Positions 41,378 to 50,013 of a stretch of 64,000 bases of DNA are shown piece by piece. The stretch covers positions 1,312,001-1,376,000 of the forward strand of contig CBDDPY010000002.1 of the NCBI GenBank assembly GCA_965232515.1, written 5' to 3'. The translations under genes were made by a program, and so were the position numbers. Below the pieces are notes generated by a model. The model worked only from the letters and a program-made list of their open reading frames with translations, had not been told where the DNA came from and searched no databases. Source of the DNA: Alphaproteobacteria bacterium (lineage in GTDB: Bacteria > Pseudomonadota > Alphaproteobacteria > GCA-2731375). How positions within the stretch are numbered: the stretch's first letter is position 1; each line of letters opens with the position of its first letter.

Positions 41378-42346
41378 AGCCCGGTCGCGCGTTCGCGTCG
41401 CGCCGGGCGAAACGAGAAACGGCGCCCAGCGACCGACCGCGCCGGCAACGCCCTTCGGCAGCAGATAGACGATCAGGATCAAAATGATGCCCTGGGCCGG
41501 CAGCGACAACGCCGCCGACGTGCTGGCCGAGAGGTCGGGCAGGAACTGCACCAGCAGGCCGCCGAACACCGCCCCCCAGACCGAATTCAGACCGCCGGCG
41601 ACGGCGCCGACCAGCAGCATGATAGCGAAGAACAGCGTGTAGCTGTCCGGCGCGATGTAGTCGGTCAAGAGCGCGACGATGCCGCCGGCGACGCCGGCGT
41701 AGGCGGCGCTGACGCCGAAGATCGTGGTCTTGTAGATGGTGACGTTGACGCCCATGGGCGCGGCGGCGATCTCGTTGTCGCGGATCGCCTTCAAGGCCCG
41801 CCCGACCCGGCCTTGCATCAGATTGCCGGCCAACCAAATCAGGAGCAGCAGCACGACGAGCGTCACCAGATGCCACCACTGATCGTCGCTCAACGCCAGG
41901 CCGAACGGCGCGGACGGTCGGTCAAGATAGATCCCCTGCACGCCACCGGTCAGCGGCTCGAGATGGCGCGACTTCAGAATCTGCGGCACGGCCACAGCCA
42001 ATGCCCAGGTCGCCAGCGCCAGATGCACCAGCGACAACCGCAACGCCGGCCAGCCGAACAGAAAACCGGCGACGAAGGCCGCTGCACCAGCAGCAAGAAG
42101 GCCGACATATGGGCCAAGCCCGGCATCCTGCATGGTCAGCGCCATGGCATAGGCGCCGACGGCGAAGAAGGCGCTGTGGCCGATGGAAAACTGCCCACTC
42201 AACCCAGTCAGCAGATTTATGCCGAGGATGGCGATGGCGTAAGCGCCGGCGAGCGTGAAGCGATAAAGCGTGTAGCCCTCGAGGACGAAGGCCATGCCGA
42301 ACGCGACGGCGACGAACAACACGATGGCGAGCTGGCGGGGAGTCAC
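41369..42346 (-). CDS. Branched-chain amino acid ABC permease (LivM-like), orphan here
   Basis: NLLTGLSGQFSIGHSAFF, GRALKAIRDNE.AA..MGV. Confidence 0.88.
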   Translation of the reverse strand: MTPRQLAIVLFVAVAFGMAFVLEGYTLYRFTLAGAYAIAILGINLLTGLSGQFSIGHSAFFAVGAYAMALTMQDAGLGPYVGLLAAGAAAFVAGFLFGWPALRLSLVHLALATWALAVAVPQILKSRHLEPLTGGVQGIYLDRPSAPFGLALSDDQWWHLVTLVVLLLLIWLAGNLMQGRVGRALKAIRDNEIAAAPMGVNVTIYKTTIFGVSAAYAGVAGGIVALLTDYIAPDSYTLFFAIMLLVGAVAGGLNSVWGAVFGGLLVQFLPDLSASTSAALSLPAQGIILILIVYLLPKGVAGAVGRWAPFLVSPGATRTRDRASK

Positions 42347-42641
42347 AGGAACAGTTCAGTCGACGCAATGTAAGAAAGCGGTACCTGGCGTGGCGGGCGA
42401 CCTGCCGATGGTCCCCGTCAGCCTAAGCCGAACATATCGGTATGCAAATGGCCTAAAGCCGGCCGGACGCCCGACGCGCGATGTTCCGCCCCGGCCGACG
42501 CAGCGGCAACGCAATCGAACTCGCGCCTTTTAATATGCATTCAAAATACCTATTTTTAAGGCATGGCAGGGCGGCTGCATGGAAATTGGTGTGCAACCGG
42601 CCATTATGCCGACGCAGCGGTAACAGACGGCATTCGGATCG

Positions 42642-43082
42642 ATGCACACCACCTTCCTTTTCGTTCACCTGGTTGCCGCCACGATCTGGGCCGGCGGACA
42701 CCTGGTACTGGCGGCGAGCCTCCTGCCGCAGGCGCTGGCGAAGCGCGACCCGGATCTGGTGCTCGGCTTTGAGCGCGTCTATGAGCGGATCGGTCTCCCG
42801 GCCATGGCGATCCAGGTCGTCAGCGGGCTTTGGCTTGCTTATCATCTTCGACCGGGTTTCGCGACCTGGCTGGACTGGAGCGATCCCGTGGCGCTGACGA
42901 TCTGCCTGAAGCTCGCCTGCCTTGCCGGAACCGTCGCGCTGGCCGTTCATGCGCGGTTGTTCATCATTCCGCGGCTGGATACGGCGCGCCTGCCAATGCT
43001 GGGCGCCCACATCGTCGCCGTCACCGTGTTGGCGCTCCTGTTCCTTTGGCTCGGGCTCGCCTTCCGCTATGGCGGGGTCTGA
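42642..43082 (+). CDS. CopD/DUF4149-like membrane protein
   Basis: HLVAATIWAGG, QVVSGLWL, four TM segments. Confidence 0.7.
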   Translation: MHTTFLFVHLVAATIWAGGHLVLAASLLPQALAKRDPDLVLGFERVYERIGLPAMAIQVVSGLWLAYHLRPGFATWLDWSDPVALTICLKLACLAGTVALAVHARLFIIPRLDTARLPMLGAHIVAVTVLALLFLWLGLAFRYGGV

Positions 43083-43087
43083 GACGC

Positions 43088-43744
43088 ATGAACGTCCTCG
43101 TCGCCATGGCCGTCTTTGTCCTCAGCCACGTCGTGATCGCGCGGACGCGCCTGAAGCCCGCGCTGATCGACCGGTTCGGCGAACGCGCCTACCTCGCAGG
43201 CTATTCCGCGCTCTCGCTCGTTCTGCTCGGTTGGGTGATCGGGGCCGTGCTCGCGGCCGAACGCATTTTCCTCTGGGCGCCCCCTGAATGGGGCTACGGC
43301 TTCGCGGGCATCATCTCCTTGACCGGCTTCATCCTCATCGGCATCGGCGCGCTGGCCGTCAATCCGCTCTCGGTCGCCTTTCGCAAGGCCGGATTCGATC
43401 CCGATCGGCCGGGCGTGATCGGCTGGGTGCGTCATCCGCTGATCTGGGGACTGACCCTGTGGGGCCTGGCCCATATCCCGGCCAACGGCGACTGGCCGAG
43501 CCTCGTGCTGTTCGCCGGCTCCGCCGCCTTCGGCGCGATCGGCGTCTTTGCCATCGAGCGGCGCCTGAAACGGCGGCTGGGCCAAGACGAGTGGCGACGG
43601 TTGACGGCCGGACGCGGCCATATCGACCGCAGTTCACTCATGGGCGCGGCGCTCGGCCTGGGGCTCTGGCTGGTATTTCTTGCGCTCCACCCCATCCTGT
43701 TCGGCGCCGATCCGCTGGCTGGCTTGCTGGCGCATTTCGGTTAG
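43088..43744 (+). CDS. NnrU-family membrane protein
   Basis: FVLSH, YSALS, RHPLIWG..LW..AH..ANGD, LHP..FG. Confidence 0.88.
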   Translation: MNVLVAMAVFVLSHVVIARTRLKPALIDRFGERAYLAGYSALSLVLLGWVIGAVLAAERIFLWAPPEWGYGFAGIISLTGFILIGIGALAVNPLSVAFRKAGFDPDRPGVIGWVRHPLIWGLTLWGLAHIPANGDWPSLVLFAGSAAFGAIGVFAIERRLKRRLGQDEWRRLTAGRGHIDRSSLMGAALGLGLWLVFLALHPILFGADPLAGLLAHFG

Positions 43745-43833
43745 CAGGTTGATGCCGAGTAGGTGACCGGCCAACCTTCCGTCCTTCGCGGGCGACGCGC
43801 TTGCTTCGGCGGCGCAGACAGGCCAAAGGCGGA

Positions 43834-43923
43834 TGGCGGATGGGGTGGGATTCGAACCCACGAGACGCGCTAACGTCTGCCGGTTTTCAAGACCGGTGCC
43901 TTAAACCGCTCGGCCACCCATCC
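43834..43923 (-). tRNA. tRNA-Ser(TGA), 90 nt, encoded CCA
   Basis: GGATGGG...CCGGT-CT-TGA-AA-ACCGG anticodon arm, long variable arm, GGTTCGAATCC T-arm, CCCATCC-G-CCA end. Confidence 0.96.
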
Positions 43924-43925
43924 GC
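43883..43925. repeat. att core, left copy (within the intact tRNA)
   Basis: GTTTTCAAGACCGGTGCCTTAAACCGCTCGGCCACCCATCCGC. Confidence 0.95.
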
Positions 43926-43988
43926 AATAATGATTTCAATCACTTAACAAAATTGTCGGGGCCGCGATACACCGCAAGAGCCCCGACT

Positions 43989-44007
43989 TGCAACCCAATT
44001 GCAACCC
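43989..44007. repeat. Probable integrase arm-type sites (TGCAACCC x2)
   Basis: TGCAACCC at 43989 and 44000; the same tandem pair recurs at 58270 and 58282 near the other att. Confidence 0.7.
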
Positions 44008-44017
44008 GACCGGCCGG

Positions 44018-45169
44018 TCAGCGTTCTACCATTGGTCTCAATATCGCGTCTATCCGGTTGGCCGCTTCTTCCTGCATTCCCGGCAGCACATGCGAATAGG
44101 TGTCGAGCGTGATCGAGACCGACGCATGGCCGGCGCGCTCACTCGCCACCTTCGGGTGCACGCCTTCAAGCAGCAGGTGCGAGATGTGCGTATGCCGGAG
44201 ATCGTGAAACCGGACGGTCGGGACATCGATGCCGGCGATGCGGCGGGCAAACTCGCGGGTGAGGGAGCGCGGCTGGACTGGCGCGCCGTCATAGCGGCAG
44301 ATAACCAACCCCTCGTCGTCGCGCCCCATGCCTTGGGCAAGCCGGAGCTCGGCCTGCTCGCGCCGATGGCGCCGCAGGGCATCGACCGCGACCGCAGGCA
44401 ATGAGATCGTCCGGCGCGAGCGTGCCGTCTTCGGCGGCTGGAACTGCACGCCCTTGGCTGTCTGCTCCAAGGTCTGGGTTACCGAGATGGACGCGCCGTC
44501 GAGATCGACATCGCGCCAGCGCAGACCAAGTATCTCGCCGCGGCGCATACCTGTGGTGACGGCCAGCAGGACCGGCATGTAAAGCTTGGTGCCGCCTATC
44601 GCGTCGAGCAGGACGCCAGTTTCCTTCGGGGTCAGGATCCGCATTTCCTTCCGCACCGGCCGCGGCGGCTCGACATCCTTGGCCGGGTTCCTGGCGATCA
44701 TCTGCCAGCGCACGGCCTGCTTTAGCGCCTGGCTGAGTATGCGGTGGTGGTGCTTCACCGACTGGGCGGAAAGACCTCCCTTGCCATCACGGCGGCCCGA
44801 TTCGAGCGCCTTTGACCATGCGGTGCTGATATGGACCGGCTGCAGCTTGCTGAGAACGTGCGTGCCCAGCGCCGGCACCAGATGATGGTGCACGATGTCG
44901 GCGTAGCGCTCGAACGTCTTCGGTCGAACGCTCGGCTTCACGGTGTCAAGCCACTGCTGCAGGAACTCGGCAACCGTGGTGCGGCTCGGCTCGACATACT
45001 CATTCGCATCCAGCGCGGCCAGCAGGCGGTTGAGTTCCCGCTGAGCATCGCGCTTGCCGCCGCGGACAGTGTGCCATTTGGTGCGGCGCTTCCCGGTCTC
45101 AGGGTCGCGCCCGATATCAATCTTTATCGCCCATGATTCCTTACCGCGCTTGCGGATATGACCTTTCAT
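44018..45169 (-). CDS. int: Tyrosine integrase
   Basis: Arm-binding N-terminus MKGHIRKRG..W; TGMRRGE, KT, FHDLRHT, GH, TYSH catalytic set; adjacent to att. Confidence 0.96.
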   Translation of the reverse strand: MKGHIRKRGKESWAIKIDIGRDPETGKRRTKWHTVRGGKRDAQRELNRLLAALDANEYVEPSRTTVAEFLQQWLDTVKPSVRPKTFERYADIVHHHLVPALGTHVLSKLQPVHISTAWSKALESGRRDGKGGLSAQSVKHHHRILSQALKQAVRWQMIARNPAKDVEPPRPVRKEMRILTPKETGVLLDAIGGTKLYMPVLLAVTTGMRRGEILGLRWRDVDLDGASISVTQTLEQTAKGVQFQPPKTARSRRTISLPAVAVDALRRHRREQAELRLAQGMGRDDEGLVICRYDGAPVQPRSLTREFARRIAGIDVPTVRFHDLRHTHISHLLLEGVHPKVASERAGHASVSITLDTYSHVLPGMQEEAANRIDAILRPMVER

Positions 45170-45717
45170 TTCAGCCTCCCGATCAGATCGCCCAGCCATT
45201 CCCGGATGCTGGGGAACATCTTCAACTGTTTTGAGTATTGAACGCCCTTCTCCGGAAGCGGCGTCTCATAGGTCATTTTCAACTGATCGATGATCCCGAG
45301 AGCGGTGGCCTCCGCCAATTGCTCGGGCTTAGGTGCCCAGCTTAGATGGGCCGGCGCCTTGGTCTTGCCCGCGGGTCGGAAGGCCAGCAACAGCTTTGCA
45401 ATCGCCTGGGCAGTGACCTCGGTGGTGTAAGCGTCGCTCGCCCAGTGCCGCCGCGTGATCATCTCGACCGAGTCAAAGACCTCGTTGAACAGCCGCGCAA
45501 ACGCATAGCGCTCGAGGCTATCGAACCGCTCCCGGATTTGCTTTTCATCGTCGAATGACCCGCGCAGCCGCGCCTCGACCTCCTGGCTAAGTGACATGTT
45601 GCTCGCCGCCCGGGCGTCCTCCAACGCCTGCCGCAAGTCGGCTGTAATGCGCGTGGTGAGCACGGCCCGCTTGTCCTCATAAGGCCCGCTTGGTTTGCGT
45701 CCGATCTTCCTTGGCAT
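45166..45717 (-). CDS. Arc/TraY-like ribbon-helix-helix regulator
   Basis: LTTRITADLRQALEDARAASNMSLSQEVEARL has an RHH pattern; ATGA-coupled to int, divergent from xis. Confidence 0.7.
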   Translation of the reverse strand: MPRKIGRKPSGPYEDKRAVLTTRITADLRQALEDARAASNMSLSQEVEARLRGSFDDEKQIRERFDSLERYAFARLFNEVFDSVEMITRRHWASDAYTTEVTAQAIAKLLLAFRPAGKTKAPAHLSWAPKPEQLAEATALGIIDQLKMTYETPLPEKGVQYSKQLKMFPSIREWLGDLIGRLK

Positions 45718-45898
45718 CGTCTCGTCCTGCTTAATTTGTCTTCACTATTTTTCACTCTGATGCGTTTTGATGTGGTGCGCAAGCACAAAAAGGGCTATAG
45801 CGGCTAGAGGCGAAACAAAACGAGACCGGCCGAGGCCACAGAGGGGGCCGTAGTCCTAGGGCTCGACCAACTGCGAAGCGCAAAGGAAAGGAAACATC

Positions 45899-46093
45899 AT
45901 GCTGGAAAACCCGAAGACCATCAGCGTCCCCGAGGCCGGCTGGCGCTATTTCGGTCTCAGCAAGAATGCGTCCTATGAGGCCGCCAGGCGCGGCGATCTT
46001 CCCGTCATCCGCATCGGTCGCATCCTGCGCGTCCCGGTGGCCGCGATGGACCGAATGCTTGAGCAGGCCGGCCAAAACGAACGCGCTGCCTGA
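45899..46093 (+). CDS. Excisionase-like HTH protein
   Basis: TISVPEA...GLSKN..YEAARRGDLP.IRIGR..RVP; AAGGA RBS. Confidence 0.85.
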   Translation: MLENPKTISVPEAGWRYFGLSKNASYEAARRGDLPVIRIGRILRVPVAAMDRMLEQAGQNERAA

Positions 46094-46133
46094 CGCGACG
46101 AGTAGAAAGAGGACCGAGCGCTAGCCGCGAGCC

Positions 46134-46310
46134 ATGACCGCAAGGCTCACTATCGATGCTGAGCGAGAACGCCGGCTGTGCGACGGCGAAAGATCGCCAG
46201 ACCGCGCAGGCGGTACGACGGACATGGCAGCAGATGCGGCCATGAACACGTTTGAGAGGATCGGCGAGATTGTCGACCGAATCGTAAAGCGGATTTGGAT
46301 CGATGATTGA
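46134..46310 (+). CDS. Small hypothetical protein (58 aa, below the track cutoff)
   Basis: Open frame ending MNTFERIGEIVDRIVKRIWIDD, overlapping the next start; alternative start 46242. Confidence 0.4.
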   Translation: MTARLTIDAERERRLCDGERSPDRAGGTTDMAADAAMNTFERIGEIVDRIVKRIWIDD

Positions 46311-46866
46311 ACTCGACTTCGACCCCCGAGAGACCTTCTACGCCTGCGGGCGCGATGTCCGACAGAGCCACATTGATCGGATCTGCCGGCACGTCACACC
46401 GCGCGCATTGCTCGGCGGCGGCGGCTTCGGTGTTGCCCGCATCCAGTTCGACGGTGACAGGTTCGATTTCGACGCCGCCGGCTTCGAAGCGTTCATTCTG
46501 GCCGCAAGAGAGTCACGGTGGACCGATCAGCTCGGAACCATAACCCCCATTATCGATCTCGTTGCCTGGCTGCCCGACCGCCCGCAGGTGTTCGGCGTGC
46601 TGGAGGGCCGCGCCTGGGCACTCGGGGAGCCGGCTCTATCGCCGAACCGAATGACCGCAGTCCCGGTCGTGCGAACACCGCTCGCCTGGCTGCAGCACGG
46701 CGGCGACGCGCTGCTGATCCTCGATCGCAAGCGGGCTTGGCTAGAACTGATGCACGGGCCGGCCCTGATCGCCGAAGACGTGCAGCATGGCCGAGAGCTG
46801 CGAGAGATCGTCAACCCGCCGAAATGGACGGGCGAAATCATGTTGCGGGAGAGGGCGGCAGCATGA
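46303..46866 (+). CDS. Hypothetical replication-module protein
   Basis: 187 aa with IIDLVAW and RTPLAWL motifs; ATGA-coupled to the helicase. Confidence 0.7.
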   Translation: MIELDFDPRETFYACGRDVRQSHIDRICRHVTPRALLGGGGFGVARIQFDGDRFDFDAAGFEAFILAARESRWTDQLGTITPIIDLVAWLPDRPQVFGVLEGRAWALGEPALSPNRMTAVPVVRTPLAWLQHGGDALLILDRKRAWLELMHGPALIAEDVQHGRELREIVNPPKWTGEIMLRERAAA

Positions 46867-48005
46867 GCGACGACGGGTTGATCCGACTGGAGGACGCCGA
46901 ACACCGCGCCCGCGGCGGCGATCCCACGCCGATCATCGACGAACTCGACCCTGTAAGGCTGCACGGCAAGCCGATCCCGCCGCGCCGCTGGTTGGTGCCC
47001 GGCCTGATCCCGTGGAAATCCGTCACGTTGCTCGGCGGCGATGGTGGGTTGGGAAAGTCGCTGCTAGCAATGCAGCTCCAGGCCGCGGCCGCGATCGGGC
47101 AAGACTGGATCGGGTTCGAAACCCAGCCGGTCAAGTCATACGGCATCTACTGCGAGGACGACGCCGACGAGCTGCACCGCCGGCTTGCCGACATTGCACG
47201 GCATCACGGCGTCGAGCTCGGCGACCTGGCCGACATGCTGATGGCGCCGAGGGTCGGACACAACAGTGTTTTGGCGTCGACCGGCTACGACCGCATCTTC
47301 CGCGAGCTGCCGCTATTCCAGGCTGTCAAAGCGAAGTGCCGCGAGCATGGCGCCCAATTACTCATCATCGACACCGTGGCCGACACGTTCGGCGGAAACG
47401 AGAACTTCCGCGGCGAGGTGCGCACCTTCATCAACCTGCTGCGGCAGATCGCAATCGAGATCGACGGCGCCGTTGTCTTAACCGCACATCCGTCGAAAGA
47501 CGGCCTGTCGACCGGCAGCGGTATTTCGGGGTCGACCGCCTGGAACAACAGCGTTCGGTCTCGCGTCTACCTGACCCGGCCCAACACCGACGACGGCGAG
47601 GAGGACCGATCGGACGAACGGGTGCTGAAGACGATGAAAGCCAATTACGGCGGCCTGCATGACGATATCCGGCTCGTCTGGCGGGATGGCGTTTTCGTCC
47701 GCATCGAGGAGCCGAGCGGCACCATTGGTGCCATCGAGCGACGGTCAGCGGAAGGTGCGTTTCTGGAGGGTCTGGACGCGCTGCAGCGCCAGGGCCGAGC
47801 GGTTAGCGAGTCCCGCAATGCCGGCAACTTCGCGCCGAAGGTAATCGCCGGCATGAAGGTCGGGAAGCGGCACGGCCGGGGCAAGTTGGCCAAGGCCATG
47901 GAGCGGCTTTTCGACGAAGGAAAGATCAAGGTCGAGACGTACGGACGCACCGGCGATCGGCACAAGCGCATCGTCATCGTCGGCGAGGAGGGGCACGAAA
48001 AATGA
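46863..48005 (+). CDS. AAA_25 / RepA-type SF4 helicase
   Basis: RRWLVPGLIP, Walker A GDGGLGKS, Walker B LLIIDT, GGNEN, AHPSK, SGSTAW, KANY; start ATG 46863. Confidence 0.92.
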   Translation: MSDDGLIRLEDAEHRARGGDPTPIIDELDPVRLHGKPIPPRRWLVPGLIPWKSVTLLGGDGGLGKSLLAMQLQAAAAIGQDWIGFETQPVKSYGIYCEDDADELHRRLADIARHHGVELGDLADMLMAPRVGHNSVLASTGYDRIFRELPLFQAVKAKCREHGAQLLIIDTVADTFGGNENFRGEVRTFINLLRQIAIEIDGAVVLTAHPSKDGLSTGSGISGSTAWNNSVRSRVYLTRPNTDDGEEDRSDERVLKTMKANYGGLHDDIRLVWRDGVFVRIEEPSGTIGAIERRSAEGAFLEGLDALQRQGRAVSESRNAGNFAPKVIAGMKVGKRHGRGKLAKAMERLFDEGKIKVETYGRTGDRHKRIVIVGEEGHEK

Positions 48006-48008
48006 GCT

Positions 48009-48196
48009 GCGTCGGTCCCGTTTCGCCACCTCGTAAGTCATTGATTTTATTCGCGTCGGTGTGTGTTCGACGATTTTGCGTAGGTGTCTGAGAAAATGAA
48101 AGAAAATCAATCACTTAACTCTTGCGTCGGTTCTGCGTCGGTGTGTGCCTACCCCCATAGGGGGGTAGGGCAGGGCCCCCGCTCGTCGGGGGAGCC
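48009..48196. other. Putative replication origin: GCGTCGGT iterons, two inverted IHF-consensus sites, GC-rich hairpins
   Basis: GCGTCGGT at 48009, 48053, 48124, 48135 (GCGTAGGT at 48078); TAAGTCATTGATT at 48034 and AATCAATCACTTA at 48105. Confidence 0.65.
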
Positions 48197-48243
48197 CACT
48201 GCCCCAGTTCCGTCACTCCCCTTGGAAACCCGGAGGAACCGAA

Positions 48244-48588
48244 ATGCTTGATGACATCACCTGCGCCGAGTTCGGCCAGCGCGTGGTCGACGAACTCGCG
48301 CGAACCTGCCCGCATCTGCAGCCTTTCCTCGTCGAGACCGCCCGGTTCGGCGCGGTATGCACATTCGCTCGCGAGAAGAAGTTGGGCGGCGACAAGCCGG
48401 CCTGGCAGATCCTCGAGTCGGCGCTTGCTGACATCTTTCACGTGGCGCGCCGGATAGGCACCGGCGGCGATGACATGACCTGGACCGTGGTTTCGGACAA
48501 GGCCGCGCTTCGCGAGGCGCTGACCGCCGTTTTGCAGCCCGAGCCGGCGCCCGAGCCCGAAGAACCGAACATCCTTATGGCCGGTTAG
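48244..48588 (+). CDS. Hypothetical protein
   Basis: GGAGG RBS; first gene of the coupled late-like operon. Confidence 0.65.
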   Translation: MLDDITCAEFGQRVVDELARTCPHLQPFLVETARFGAVCTFAREKKLGGDKPAWQILESALADIFHVARRIGTGGDDMTWTVVSDKAALREALTAVLQPEPAPEPEEPNILMAG

Positions 48589-48631
48589 GACGGCGAAACC
48601 GGCGTCTGTCTGCACAGTGGAGACCGCGCAA

Positions 48632-48868
48632 GTGAGCGAAAAGACAAAGGAAACCGGGAAACGCCCCCCTCGTGTCGGCCGTCTTGACACCGTTGGCGGC
48701 GTCGTCGCGGAGCTGGGCAAGATCTATCGAGCGGCCCGCCGCGGCGATATCGACACCCAGGATGTGACCCGGCTCGCCTATGTGCTGTCGCAAATCCGCG
48801 CGGCCATCGAAAGCAGCGAAATCGAGCGCCGGCTTGACGAGCTTGAACGCAAGGCAGGAACGCTATGA
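48632..48868 (+). CDS. Small helical protein, possible small-terminase/packaging-type factor
   Basis: G.I....A..L pattern and terminal EIERRLDELE coiled coil; function inferred only. Confidence 0.55.
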   Translation: MSEKTKETGKRPPRVGRLDTVGGVVAELGKIYRAARRGDIDTQDVTRLAYVLSQIRAAIESSEIERRLDELERKAGTL

Positions 48869-49179
48869 GCAAGCGCCTCCGCGCCCGGTTGGAACGCCTC
48901 GAAACCGCGAAGGCAGATGCCGAGGCGTTCTGCAACACCATCGTCGTTCTGCCCGGAGAGACGCACGACCAGGCGCTCGGTCGCCTCGGCTTCGAGCCTG
49001 GCCCAGTCGACATGACCATGTTCGTGCAGCGGTTCGCCGAAGACGCGCAGCCAGAACCGGTAAAGCGGACACCGCTCGTCGGCAGACCAGCCGGGCCGCT
49101 CCGGGTTGTTATGGCCGACGACTGGAGCCGGGAAGACTGGGACCTGACGGAATACGCCGACTGCGAGGGGCGGTCATGA
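48865..49179 (+). CDS. Hypothetical protein (RLERLE...PGET)
   Basis: ATGA overlaps on both sides. Confidence 0.7.
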   Translation: MSKRLRARLERLETAKADAEAFCNTIVVLPGETHDQALGRLGFEPGPVDMTMFVQRFAEDAQPEPVKRTPLVGRPAGPLRVVMADDWSREDWDLTEYADCEGRS

Positions 49180-49364
49180 GGCGGAGCATCACACATCGCC
49201 TCGACCGCGTGGCCCGCCGCGTCGACCCGTCGCCGGGGATTGTATTTGTCATTATCAAGCCCGGAGAGACGCGGGAATCCGTCATGGCCGAAAGGGGCCT
49301 GACCGGGCGCAAGTTCCGAGCCCTCTACATCATCGACCTGACGAAAGGGGAACACGATGAATGA
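49176..49364 (+). CDS. Small hypothetical protein, apparent paralogue of the preceding gene
   Basis: MRRSITHRLDRV...IIKPGET; ATGA-coupled. Confidence 0.6.
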   Translation: MRRSITHRLDRVARRVDPSPGIVFVIIKPGETRESVMAERGLTGRKFRALYIIDLTKGEHDE

Positions 49365-50013
49365 ACCTGTAAACGAGGCCGAACCGTCGGCAGCCGAGAA
49401 GGTGGCCGCGACGCTCGCCGGCCTCGAAACGCAACTCGCCGACGCGACGGCCGAGCGTTCCGAGCTGATCGACCGACAGGGCCGATTGGCGATGCGCATG
49501 CACAGCGGCGACAGCGCAGCCGGCGAAGCCTATCGCGGCGTGGTGGGCGAGCGGCGCCGGCTTGATGAGACGGTCGAAAGCCTGACGCTCGCTGTGCAGG
49601 CGGCCCGCGCCGAGCATGAGCAGGCTGTCAGCGACGATATGGCGGCCGCCGAGGCAAACCGGGCCGAGCGTATCGACGCCCTACTCGACCTGCGCAATGC
49701 GGCGCTTGCCGACGCCGAGCGAGCCTTGCGCGAGGCGCTCGACCGGCTGGACCGAGCCGGCGAGCTGGCGGCCGAGATCGTCGAGGTTCGCGGCGCTGTC
49801 AAGAACCTGCCCCGTTTCAGCAACACGCTGCACCCCGAAAACACACGCGACCGGCTGTCGTGTTCGGCCAACGCGTTCGGGCTCGGGCGGTGGCTCAATC
49901 TCGATCAGGAGCGGATGCCGTTCATCAGGGACGACACGCCATCGTCGCTGGTCGACGTCGAGGCACCCGTACAGGACCGATATCGACTGACCGAGAAGGA
50001 GCACGCGGCATGA
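49357..50013 (+). CDS. Coiled-coil protein
   Basis: Ala/Glu/Arg-rich heptads over about 150 aa; AAGGGG RBS. Confidence 0.75.
   Translation: MNEPVNEAEPSAAEKVAATLAGLETQLADATAERSELIDRQGRLAMRMHSGDSAAGEAYRGVVGERRRLDETVESLTLAVQAARAEHEQAVSDDMAAAEANRAERIDALLDLRNAALADAERALREALDRLDRAGELAAEIVEVRGAVKNLPRFSNTLHPENTRDRLSCSANAFGLGRWLNLDQERMPFIRDDTPSSLVDVEAPVQDRYRLTEKEHAA

Noticed and set aside
43834-43923. tRNA-Sec (tempting given the selenoprotein)
   Set aside because: The anticodon is TGA (Ser), not TCA, and the acceptor stem is the normal 7 bp
48009-48142. CRISPR array
   Set aside because: Repeats are only 8 bp with irregular spacing and no cas genes are present
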